From contig CP175956.1 of assembly GCA_046116545.1 (NCBI GenBank), positions 1,558 to 65,557 on the forward strand: a DNA stretch of 64,000 nucleotides, written 5' to 3'. Of the stretch, positions 9,658 through 18,173 are shown in pieces. Made by a program: the position numbers and the translations under genes. Under the pieces are notes generated by a model. The model saw only the letters and a program-made list of their open reading frames with translations, ran no database searches and was not told the origin of the DNA. Source of the DNA: Candidatus Moraniibacteriota bacterium (GTDB taxonomy: Bacteria > Patescibacteriota > Minisyncoccia > Moranbacterales > GCA-2747515). Each line of letters begins with the position of its first letter. Positions within the stretch are counted from its first letter, which is position 1.

Positions 9658-10125
9658 TTACTCTTCAACTCCACAAAAAAATCCGGAGCCTGAAGATTTC
9701 ATTGATTTACTGTTAACCATTTCTATATCCAATAATGGATTCCACTGAAAATATTCCAGTGCATCGCGATCTTTCATGTTAGTAACTATCACGATACTTT
9801 TTGGCTTAACTTCTTCTTTTGCCCATCTGTGCCCGCCTATAAACTGGTTAAAACCCGCTTTTAATGCTTCACAGATTTCTTTACGAGTTTTTGTTGTGCG
9901 AGGCATATTATTATACCCTACTGTAAAGAGTTCCAAAATTTCAACAGTTACAAGTTCGCCAGAATTCTCCTGTATTATAAACCCAGGCTTATAAATACGA
10001 GGGAATACATTTTCAGGCTCAATGTCTAATGACTCAATTGAAGAAACCCACGTTTTAATTCCAGTAATTAACTTCAGATTAGTTTCATCTGTAATGACAA
10101 GTCCTTTTAAATCAAAAATTGGCAT
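9658..10125 (-). CDS. Putative tautomerase/MIF superfamily protein
   Basis: Starts MPIFDL, AGGAGG SD; SLDIEPENV and PRTTKTRKEICEAL pattern. Confidence 0.55.
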   Translation of the reverse strand: MPIFDLKGLVITDETNLKLITGIKTWVSSIESLDIEPENVFPRIYKPGFIIQENSGELVTVEILELFTVGYNNMPRTTKTRKEICEALKAGFNQFIGGHRWAKEEVKPKSIVIVTNMKDRDALEYFQWNPLLDIEMVNSKSMKSSGSGFFCGVEE

Positions 10126-10197
10126 TTCTAATTTCCTCCTATAAAATATTTTAATTGACTCAAAAAATGAGTGTTTATTAAAAAACTACAACGTTTA

Positions 10198-10226
10198 AAT
10201 ATACCAAAAAAACATCATTTTGTCAA
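10198..10226 (-). promoter_or_regulatory. sigma70 promoter TTGACA-N17-TATATT
   Basis: Consensus boxes; leader nearly identical to 9138-9211. Confidence 0.75.
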
Positions 10227-10260
10227 TCGGTTCGAATATGCCCAAATGTCCGACTTGGGG
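10221..10260. repeat. Cassette junction repeat copy 5
   Basis: tgtcaatcggttcgaatatgcccaaatgtccgacttgggg; near-identity with copy 1 extends through the downstream hairpin to gctcc at 10300. Confidence 0.85.
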
Positions 10261-10499
10261 TAAAAGAAAAAATCCCCATTTAAAGGGATTTTCTTAACCG
10301 CTCCCCGACTCGAGTTAGAACTTTTAAGATCCTTACTCTGTAAGGCTTTTCCAGCTATCGATTTGCACATACTCCAACGCGTCCTGAGCAGACGCAAAAA
10401 GTTACAAAAGTGACACAATATTACACATAAAGTTACAAACCACTGTAACTTACTATCACTAATTAAGTTTTATAAAAATAGATAATAATCTTGATGTGG

Positions 10500-11414
10500 C
10501 TACTTACCTCTTTTGCATCGAGGTGTACGTTTAGCTATATCTGGGACTCCTGGACCCGGAGATATAATGCTTGTTGATTTGACATTTTTAAGCTCGTCGA
10601 CTAATTTTGCCATTGGAATGCCTGTCTTTTTGTGTTTTTCACAAAGATTCGCTATATCCTCTCCCGACATTGTTGTACCTGAATCAGCCATAACTAGTGT
10701 GGAAGTATGTAGCATGGAATCATCATAATCATCAGATCTTACCATATAATCCAGGAGCTCTTCTGGAGACAATTCGTCTAACAATCCTTGCATGCCTACA
10801 CCCTGAACATGATGAATTCCAATTTTATTTATCTTTCCTTCACCTACTGAAAAAGCGAGGTAGTCCTCATCATGAAACGGAATATGAAACCCATTATAAT
10901 TAATTCTTACATTACCATCCACTTTCATCTGAAAATGATAATGTGGTTCCTTGCCTGTTTTTCTGTCGTGGTGTCCATGATAGTCTGATTTCGCACAAGA
11001 AAATGACCATTCTATATTTTTATATTTTATGGTAGTTTCAACTTTTTTATTTGATGATTTCTCCTCAACTAAATCATTAATGTTTTTCATTGGATCTTCC
11101 GCATTTGCTACCCAACGGAGATATGCGTCTATTCTGTGAAAGCTATATTTTTCATATAGCAAAGGAAAATATTTTTTCTTAAAACCTTTTGTTTTGAGAA
11201 ACCAATGCAAACAGGGCTTTTTTACACTAAAATGAGAAAGTTTATATCCACAAATGCTACAATCTCCAGACTTAAGAGCATTCTCCAATTCCAAAAAATC
11301 CTTCTCAGCTTTTGTAATCTCTTTATCATTTTTTTCTCTAATTTCCTCATCACTCATGCTATCTAAAAAATTATTGAGTGCTGCATTTCTTCTTTCTGCT
11401 TCAATCCAATCCAT
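10500..11414 (-). CDS. Hypothetical protein, possibly metal-binding (CxxC, HxH)
   Basis: 304 aa; CSICG, PCLH, PHYHFQ. Confidence 0.8.
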   Translation of the reverse strand: MDWIEAERRNAALNNFLDSMSDEEIREKNDKEITKAEKDFLELENALKSGDCSICGYKLSHFSVKKPCLHWFLKTKGFKKKYFPLLYEKYSFHRIDAYLRWVANAEDPMKNINDLVEEKSSNKKVETTIKYKNIEWSFSCAKSDYHGHHDRKTGKEPHYHFQMKVDGNVRINYNGFHIPFHDEDYLAFSVGEGKINKIGIHHVQGVGMQGLLDELSPEELLDYMVRSDDYDDSMLHTSTLVMADSGTTMSGEDIANLCEKHKKTGIPMAKLVDELKNVKSTSIISPGPGVPDIAKRTPRCKRGK

Positions 11415-11432
11415 AAAAAATTATTTTAAAAA

Positions 11433-11984
11433 CTACTTACCAAATATTTCAAAAATGAAACAACCTAATGACAAAATAAATACTAAAACACAAATCCATG
11501 ATGAAATAGTGAAGAACATCAAACCTTTTTTATTTTGCAATTTCTCATTAATCTTTTGAATTTTTTCATCACCTTTCTTTGCACTTCCATAAACTTCAAC
11601 ACCACTCAAAATCAATGTTCCAAAAAAATCTGCAAAATTATTATTTTGCAAAAAATCTTTATTAGAAAAATTCGTCAGCACATCTAAATAAAAATCATTT
11701 TTAATATTATTTACATCTTGCGACAATTCTTTGAATAAACGAATTCTCTTTCTCTCTATTCGAATGATCAAAAACAACAATAAAAGCGATATAATAATAA
11801 CAGAAATAAATCCAATCAATCCCCATTTAACATAACCTGATACGACAAATTCTCCATTGAAAACAAAAACACCAAGTATTGCAGCAGAAATGACTGCCAT
11901 ACTTTTAAATAATTCTCTCTCCTGCTTGATGTTATCACTTTCCAAATCAAATATATGATTTAAGTTTTCTTTCTCACTTCTCAT
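11433..11984 (-). CDS. Hypothetical membrane protein (3 TM)
   Basis: 183 aa, hydrophobic segments. Confidence 0.75.
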   Translation of the reverse strand: MRSEKENLNHIFDLESDNIKQERELFKSMAVISAAILGVFVFNGEFVVSGYVKWGLIGFISVIIISLLLLFLIIRIERKRIRLFKELSQDVNNIKNDFYLDVLTNFSNKDFLQNNNFADFFGTLILSGVEVYGSAKKGDEKIQKINEKLQNKKGLMFFTISSWICVLVFILSLGCFIFEIFGK

Positions 11985-12004
11985 AGTTTACGATCAAATA
12001 ATTA

Positions 12005-13054
12005 TTATTTCCTTTCCCTTTTCAATAGTTCAACAACATCATCTTCACCCTCATAACCTCTTAGTCTCCCTTGTAAAATTCCCATTCTATATGTGATTCC
12101 ATCACTCATCAATCGCCAATTTGTTTTCTTGAGATCTTTCTGAATAATTTTTGTTAATTCCATTCTACTATCAAACTCTTCTCGATCTTTTTTATTGTCC
12201 TGCACTGTAAATGGAATGACTACATTCCGTCCAATCTCTGGCGAAAGAAAATTAAGGTGACCATAATTATTCTTTTTTATTATATCCTTTACCAGTTTCT
12301 CTAATTCAGATACCTTTAATCTTTGTATTTTTTCTACTGCATCATAAATGTCTTTTTGATTCTTTCTTTCCTCGATATCTTTTGATAACTCTTTCCAAGA
12401 TTCCATATCTCTCAAAAACTCTTCTCCATCAGATGCTGATACACAACATTCTGCACGGAGTCTTTCAAATTCTTTTTCCTCTTCTTTTTCTTCTTTTTTT
12501 TCTGAAAGATCTATTTCAATATTTTCCTCATGTCCACACTGTAAACATTTATGTGTTGATTTCAATAATGATTGATTACTATCATCATCTATAACAGTAA
12601 CAGCTCCATTACATTCTATGCATCTAGGATCATATTTCCACAAAGCCCCATCTTCCCAATAGGACTGTCTTTTTTTACACGCATCACACACAAGTAAAAA
12701 TAGGACGGATCTGGTGCCATCTTTTTTATTCATCAGATCTCGTGATTCTTCTTTTAAATTTCTGTTACTACAATCAATACAGGACACATTTGGGATAACG
12801 GTATTCAACAAACGATCATCGCTGTCTTTATCTTTTTCCATCCATTTTGTAATTGTATTATTTCTTCTACCAGCTCTTTCCAATTTCATAATCTCAATCA
12901 ATACCCAGTATGCACGTTTTAATTCCTTATCTTTTTTCTTATCATTTGTTTTTTTAATAGATCTGTATGTATCTGCAATCGACAAACATTCATCTATTGT
13001 TTGTTTATCATATAGTTTTTCGTAATAGGATCGATCTTGCAGATATATAATCAT
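12005..13054 (-). CDS. Multi-zinc-ribbon hypothetical protein
   Basis: Four CxxC pairs (CIDC, CDAC, CIEC, CLQC); start may extend to 13069. Confidence 0.8.
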   Translation of the reverse strand: MIIYLQDRSYYEKLYDKQTIDECLSIADTYRSIKKTNDKKKDKELKRAYWVLIEIMKLERAGRRNNTITKWMEKDKDSDDRLLNTVIPNVSCIDCSNRNLKEESRDLMNKKDGTRSVLFLLVCDACKKRQSYWEDGALWKYDPRCIECNGAVTVIDDDSNQSLLKSTHKCLQCGHEENIEIDLSEKKEEKEEEKEFERLRAECCVSASDGEEFLRDMESWKELSKDIEERKNQKDIYDAVEKIQRLKVSELEKLVKDIIKKNNYGHLNFLSPEIGRNVVIPFTVQDNKKDREEFDSRMELTKIIQKDLKKTNWRLMSDGITYRMGILQGRLRGYEGEDDVVELLKRERK

Positions 13055-13062
13055 AATCACAT

Positions 13063-13983
13063 TTAGCAATTTGAGACAGATTCATGATTGGATGATGCTT
13101 TTTCTGTAAAAAATGTCATATTTCCATTATTATCAATTTCTACAAAAACATCACCATTACTCCTTGTTGTAAGCGTCTTCCCAAAAAAATAATCTTGACT
13201 TTTTAGAGACTTGTATTTAACTCCTTTCGAATGCTCAGCGTATCTTGTTGAAACATCTGTATCATCTTTTTCCGACTCACTCGCTTTTGATAAAATCACT
13301 ATTTCAACATCACCAGTAAGATTAAAAAGTGTCGTTGGAAAACCTGACTTATGTCCGTGGTGAGGTGCGATTAAAATATCCACACCATCCTGCATTGCAT
13401 TTATAAAATTTTGATCATTTTTTGCTAGCCATTCCCAGCCTTCTGTCTCCAAGTCGCCACCAAATAAAATCTTCTTACCACCATATTTGATAAGACGTAT
13501 CATGCTGGAGTTATTTTTCACTTTTTTTGAAAGTTCTTCATTTTTTAAAATTTCGTCTATTCCAATAGAAAACACATTTTCTGGATCAAAACCCCATAAA
13601 ATAGTTTCTGGATTTTTTCCTCTATACTTCTTATCAATAAGTTCTTTATATTCTTCATGGATATTCTCATCTCTGGGAAACTCCTCATACTCTCTCTTAC
13701 AAACAAGGTATGGCTCTAACGCTTCTTTCACTTTTTTTGCATTTCTGACATGATCATCATCAGGGTGTGTAATATGCAACAGAGACAGAGGATACTGTCT
13801 CCCAAATCTCGTCTCATATGGTTTCATCCCCAGCCAATTCTTATAAGTACCATTGATAAAATCCACAGGACATCCCTTTTCAGAATGACTGCCACAATCA
13901 ACCATCAAACCATTTCCATTAGGGCAAACAGCCAAGCTACATGCCGCATTATTAACATCAAACACTATCAATTTTGTACTCAT
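13063..13983 (-). CDS. Metallo-beta-lactamase fold hydrolase, ComEC/Rec2-like
   Basis: VDCG, THPDDDH, NNSS, GGDLE, APHHG motifs. Confidence 0.85.
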   Translation of the reverse strand: MSTKLIVFDVNNAACSLAVCPNGNGLMVDCGSHSEKGCPVDFINGTYKNWLGMKPYETRFGRQYPLSLLHITHPDDDHVRNAKKVKEALEPYLVCKREYEEFPRDENIHEEYKELIDKKYRGKNPETILWGFDPENVFSIGIDEILKNEELSKKVKNNSSMIRLIKYGGKKILFGGDLETEGWEWLAKNDQNFINAMQDGVDILIAPHHGHKSGFPTTLFNLTGDVEIVILSKASESEKDDTDVSTRYAEHSKGVKYKSLKSQDYFFGKTLTTRSNGDVFVEIDNNGNMTFFTEKASSNHESVSNC

Positions 13984-13985
13984 AT

Positions 13986-14642
13986 TTATTTATTACTTTT
14001 TAAATTTAATAAAACTGTTTTAAAAACAAGTCCCCTAGCAATTCCACGAGTTCGCCACCAAAATAACAGAAAGATAGACAGATTCACTATAACAAGCACC
14101 CAACTATTACTCAAAAATGCAAAAATAGTCAAAAACAAAAATTCAATCATAATTACACGAGAGAATAAATAATTTCTATTCACCACCCTCATTTCTTCCT
14201 GATCACTTACACTCGAATATAACTTCCAAAAAATATCTTGTGATAATTTATCATCTTCTTTTTGTTTTCGAAAAAATGACAAATCAGAATATTCTTTATC
14301 AAAAATTTTCAACTGATTCTTTGGGAAATCCAAAATATGAATAATCTCACCTCTTTGATAATCACTTTTCAAAATAGGATTCTCCTTGTATAAAAAAATA
14401 TGTGATGGTCTTCTACGCTTAAAAAATATATCAACGACCCATTCAAGCGCATGTGCAACAGTCTGCAATAATTCCCCAACAATAAAAGCTGAACAGAAAA
14501 ATAAAAATGTATACAAAAAATCTAGATCTCCTGCAATATGCACTTGATAATTTTTGGCAAAAAAAAGAAAAATAGCAGCAATAAAAAATCCACCAGGCAT
14601 TACACGTATCAAGAGCTCATCAATTGTAAATTTATTAGTCAT
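13986..14642 (-). CDS. 4-TM membrane protein coupled to the MBL hydrolase
   Basis: Two N-terminal and two C-terminal TM segments; 2-bp gap to the MBL gene. Confidence 0.8.
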   Translation of the reverse strand: MTNKFTIDELLIRVMPGGFFIAAIFLFFAKNYQVHIAGDLDFLYTFLFFCSAFIVGELLQTVAHALEWVVDIFFKRRRPSHIFLYKENPILKSDYQRGEIIHILDFPKNQLKIFDKEYSDLSFFRKQKEDDKLSQDIFWKLYSSVSDQEEMRVVNRNYLFSRVIMIEFLFLTIFAFLSNSWVLVIVNLSIFLLFWWRTRGIARGLVFKTVLLNLKSNK

Positions 14643-14695
14643 ATTCTGTATTAATATTTTTTATCTCGTGGTAAATGGAGATTATTTATTACTTA

Positions 14696-15316
14696 TTAAC
14701 ATAAATCCCCTGGAAGTGATGTCACTACCACCCCTTGTATCACACAATTTTCTGTTAATATAATTGGTTTATGTTTTTTCTTGCTTGACTTCGGACGAAG
14801 AATGACAACTTCATCAGTTTGTTCAAAAAACTTTACTGTTGCCTCATCATTAATCAATGCAACTACTTTGTCTCCTTTTTCCGCAGTTGACTGCTTACGT
14901 ATAAGTAGTAAATCACCTCCATTTATACCTGCAAGATTCATTGAACTTCCCTTTGCTCGCAAGAGAAAATATTCAAAGCCTTTTTTTGCAAGCTTTGTTG
15001 AAACAGGTATTTTTGCTTGAATGTTCTCTTTAGCAAATATTGGTGTCCCACAAGCAACTGAACCTACTAAAGGAATGTCTATTGTGCTTATGGATTGTAT
15101 TGGCTGTGTATTGGTAAGAATAAGACTTCTGCCATTTTTTTTAATCAAATTTGCCTTAATGAGACGATCCACAACCAAACTTGCAGAACGTGGCGATTTG
15201 CCTCCTGTTATTTCATTAATTTCTCGCAAAGAAGGACTCTCTCCATAATGAACAATCCTATTACGAATTAATGCATATGCCTTTTTGTCTTTGTCACTCA
15301 AGTTATTTTTTATCAT
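14696..15316 (-). CDS. lexA: LexA-like repressor (wHTH + S24 peptidase)
   Basis: SPSLREI HTH, VGSVACG cleavage site, GSSM Ser, ATVK Lys; element-borne copy; start could be 15346. Confidence 0.85.
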   Translation of the reverse strand: MIKNNLSDKDKKAYALIRNRIVHYGESPSLREINEITGGKSPRSASLVVDRLIKANLIKKNGRSLILTNTQPIQSISTIDIPLVGSVACGTPIFAKENIQAKIPVSTKLAKKGFEYFLLRAKGSSMNLAGINGGDLLLIRKQSTAEKGDKVVALINDEATVKFFEQTDEVVILRPKSSKKKHKPIILTENCVIQGVVVTSLPGDLC

Positions 15317-15399
15317 AGTATAAGAAGTATACACTGCCCTATACAAAATTGCAAGCTTCTGCTAGTATGAACATGAATAAATAATCTTCAAAAAACTTT

Positions 15400-16347
15400 A
15401 TGTCAAAAAAAATTCCACAAACTATTGAAAACCAAATAAACACCTACATTCCACAAATACCAGTTGCTTTAAATTCTACATTACCTGATATCACCCTTTT
15501 CAAAGATGTTCATAAGGATATGCAACTAATGCAAACAGCATTAAAACCACAAATGGATTTGCTGCGTAATACAGCAATACAACTATCCAATACCTCAAAC
15601 ACATTTTTAAAACTTGTTGATTTTTCCTATATCACTAAACAACTTACACAACTTCAAAAAGAAAGTGATCGTATTAAAAAAAATATGCGTATTTTTATCT
15701 CTCCCACTTCTATTATCTATCCTCCCGAACCATCAATAGAATATATAGTAGCGCCTCCTCCACCAATTACACTTTCACGCGAACAAGAAGATCGCATTGC
15801 ACAAAAAACTGCAATTTTATTAAGTGAACAACTCAGCCAAGATCACTCCAAAACTGTGCACTCGCTTCCAGAGCCTTTAATTCAACTACCTGCTAATGCT
15901 GTGTGGGAGAATATAGTGATTTCTTTTGAGACTGAAGATAGTGTTGTAATACACTGTAAAAACATGTATTTAGGTAAATACACCGATCTAGATTTATCTT
16001 TCACAAAAAACAAAAGATGCTCCCAATCTTGGCTCTTACTTTATGCTCTTTCTGCGTATGAAGTCAAAGGAGTTGATAGTATAGCTACAGTAAAAACTCT
16101 TGTAGACTCAGGATTTTTTAACAATTCGGCAATAGTTCATGCTACCAGATCTAATCTTGTAAAACACTTAATGAATACTTTTGGAATTCATGACGATCCT
16201 TTTTACAACTATAAAGAATATGGTGGATATAAACCCAAATTTATTCTAAAACCCCTACCTGACCTGCGTGGAAATGGCAATATTCACACACAATCAGGAA
16301 GTCATGATCTAAGAACCGAGAATTATAATGATGACCATCTTTACTAA
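15400..16347 (+). CDS. Hypothetical protein, possible C-terminal winged-helix regulator
   Basis: 315 aa, divergent from lexA; RSNLVKHL...GY pattern. Confidence 0.7.
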   Translation: MSKKIPQTIENQINTYIPQIPVALNSTLPDITLFKDVHKDMQLMQTALKPQMDLLRNTAIQLSNTSNTFLKLVDFSYITKQLTQLQKESDRIKKNMRIFISPTSIIYPPEPSIEYIVAPPPPITLSREQEDRIAQKTAILLSEQLSQDHSKTVHSLPEPLIQLPANAVWENIVISFETEDSVVIHCKNMYLGKYTDLDLSFTKNKRCSQSWLLLYALSAYEVKGVDSIATVKTLVDSGFFNNSAIVHATRSNLVKHLMNTFGIHDDPFYNYKEYGGYKPKFILKPLPDLRGNGNIHTQSGSHDLRTENYNDDHLY

Positions 16348-16477
16348 AGCTCACTAAAAATTTAGTGAGCTTTTTTATTAGTTCAAGTCATATAAATCCC
16401 TTTATTATGGGATTTTTTTCATTTCACTAAAATTTTAGTATATAGAGTGAAGACTTATTAAATATTAAAACAACCAT

Positions 16478-17764
16478 ATGTCTCAACAACAATTGGTCTG
16501 GTGCACCACAAAGCGCCGTGTTGATGAACTTGTACCTCAAGAGATCAATCCACGTACAATTTCTGACAAGCAAATGTCAGATCTAAAAAAGTCATTGAGG
16601 AAATATAACTTGGTCGAAATTCCTGTTGTGGATTTGGATAACAAAATACTTGCAGGACACCAAAGACTCCTTGCACTAAAAATCCTAGGGCGAGGGACTG
16701 AAACAATTGATGTACGTATTCCTAATCGTGCACTTACTAAAAAAGAATCTGAGCAATATCTCATCGCTAGTAATAAACTTGGTGGCGACTGGGACTACGA
16801 CTTACTCAAACACTTTGATTTAGATATCCTATCAGATGCAGGATTTGATGATATGGAACTTGTCTCGTTTTGGGACAAAGATAATGAATCTATCGATGAT
16901 GATTTTGAAACAACAAAGGAACTAAATAAGATTCATTCCCCTGTCACAAAACGTGGTGACCTTATCATTATGGGAAAACACAAACTTCTTTGTGCAAGTG
17001 CAACTGATCCTGATGCAGTAAAAAATCTTTTTGGAAAAGATAAAGTTGCAATGTATTATAGCGACCCACCTTACAATATTGCTCTTGACTATAACAAAGG
17101 TGTTGGCAATAAAGCAAACTATGGTGGTGATGTTGATGATGATAAATCACCTAAAGACTACAAATTATTTATAAAACAAGCACTAGAAAATGCTATTTCA
17201 GTATCACAAAAAGATCTACACATTTTCATGTGGTGTGATGAAGCTTGGGTATGGGTATTTCAAACTCTCTACAATGACCTTGGTATAAGAAATCGTAGAT
17301 TGAATGTGTGGTTAAAAAATAATGCATCTCCCTGCCCTGATGTCGCATTTAATAAGGTACTTGAATATTGTTGTTATGGCACACTAGGAAAGCCATTTCT
17401 TTCAAAAAACCTTACAAATCTCAATGAAGTAATGAATAGGGATGCTGGTACAGGCAATGACCTACATGATTATGTTACAAATGTCTGGGCAGTAAAACGA
17501 CTAGCTGGTAATAAATATAGTCATCCGACAGAAAAAAATCCTGAACTTCATGAAAAAGCAATTAAACGATGTACAAAACCTGGTGATATTATTTTTGATT
17601 CCTTTTCTGGATCAGCTAGTACCATGATTTGTGCACATCAGCTTGATCGTATTGTATACGCAACAGAGACTTCCGAGGTCTTCTGTGATTTAGCGATTCA
17701 AAGATACGAGAAGCTTACAGGAGATAAAGTAAAAATTATAAAAAAATTCTATGAAGAAAAATAA
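16478..17764 (+). CDS. ParB-N domain + N4/N6 DNA methyltransferase (beta class)
   Basis: NPRTI, ILAGHQRL (ParB); DPPY; HPTEK; DSFSGSAST. Confidence 0.92.
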   Translation: MSQQQLVWCTTKRRVDELVPQEINPRTISDKQMSDLKKSLRKYNLVEIPVVDLDNKILAGHQRLLALKILGRGTETIDVRIPNRALTKKESEQYLIASNKLGGDWDYDLLKHFDLDILSDAGFDDMELVSFWDKDNESIDDDFETTKELNKIHSPVTKRGDLIIMGKHKLLCASATDPDAVKNLFGKDKVAMYYSDPPYNIALDYNKGVGNKANYGGDVDDDKSPKDYKLFIKQALENAISVSQKDLHIFMWCDEAWVWVFQTLYNDLGIRNRRLNVWLKNNASPCPDVAFNKVLEYCCYGTLGKPFLSKNLTNLNEVMNRDAGTGNDLHDYVTNVWAVKRLAGNKYSHPTEKNPELHEKAIKRCTKPGDIIFDSFSGSASTMICAHQLDRIVYATETSEVFCDLAIQRYEKLTGDKVKIIKKFYEEK

Positions 17765-18173
17765 ATTAACAAAGCAATTTCTTGAAGAGTTGCGCAAGGT
17801 GCCAATTGTACAAGTTGCTTGTGAAAAAACTGGAATTTCACGCAATAGTGTTTATCGCTGGCGACGTGAAGATAAAAAATTTGCGACACAAATGGATGAA
17901 GCTCTCTCTGATGGTGTTGCCTTCGTAAATGATATGTCAGAAAGCCAACTACTTACCATGATCAAAGAAAAAAATTGGTCAGCAATTAGTTTTTGGTTAA
18001 GACATCGTAATGACAATTACAAAAACAAAGTAGAAATTACTACAAAGGAAGATGTTGAAGAGCTAACACCTTCTCAACAAAAGATTGTGAAGCAAGCTCT
18101 AAAACTTGCATCGCTTAATAAAACTAACTCTATAAATAATTTAAAGAAAAGATATGACAAAAAGAAAAACTAA
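17751..18173 (+). CDS. HTH protein, putative terminase small subunit
   Basis: VACEKTGISRNSVYRWRREDKKF; AISFWLR; directly upstream of TerL. Confidence 0.7.
   Translation: MKKNKLTKQFLEELRKVPIVQVACEKTGISRNSVYRWRREDKKFATQMDEALSDGVAFVNDMSESQLLTMIKEKNWSAISFWLRHRNDNYKNKVEITTKEDVEELTPSQQKIVKQALKLASLNKTNSINNLKKRYDKKKN

Noticed and set aside
3223-10260. Junction repeats as a CRISPR array or classical attC sites
   Set aside because: Spacing is 1-2.3 kb with whole genes between; no cas or intI gene; no consistent RYYYAAC...GTTRRRY pairing; cassettes carry their own promoters.
10215-10418. 67-aa minus-strand ORF
   Set aside because: Runs across the att-like site, terminator and repeat; no SD; probably spurious.
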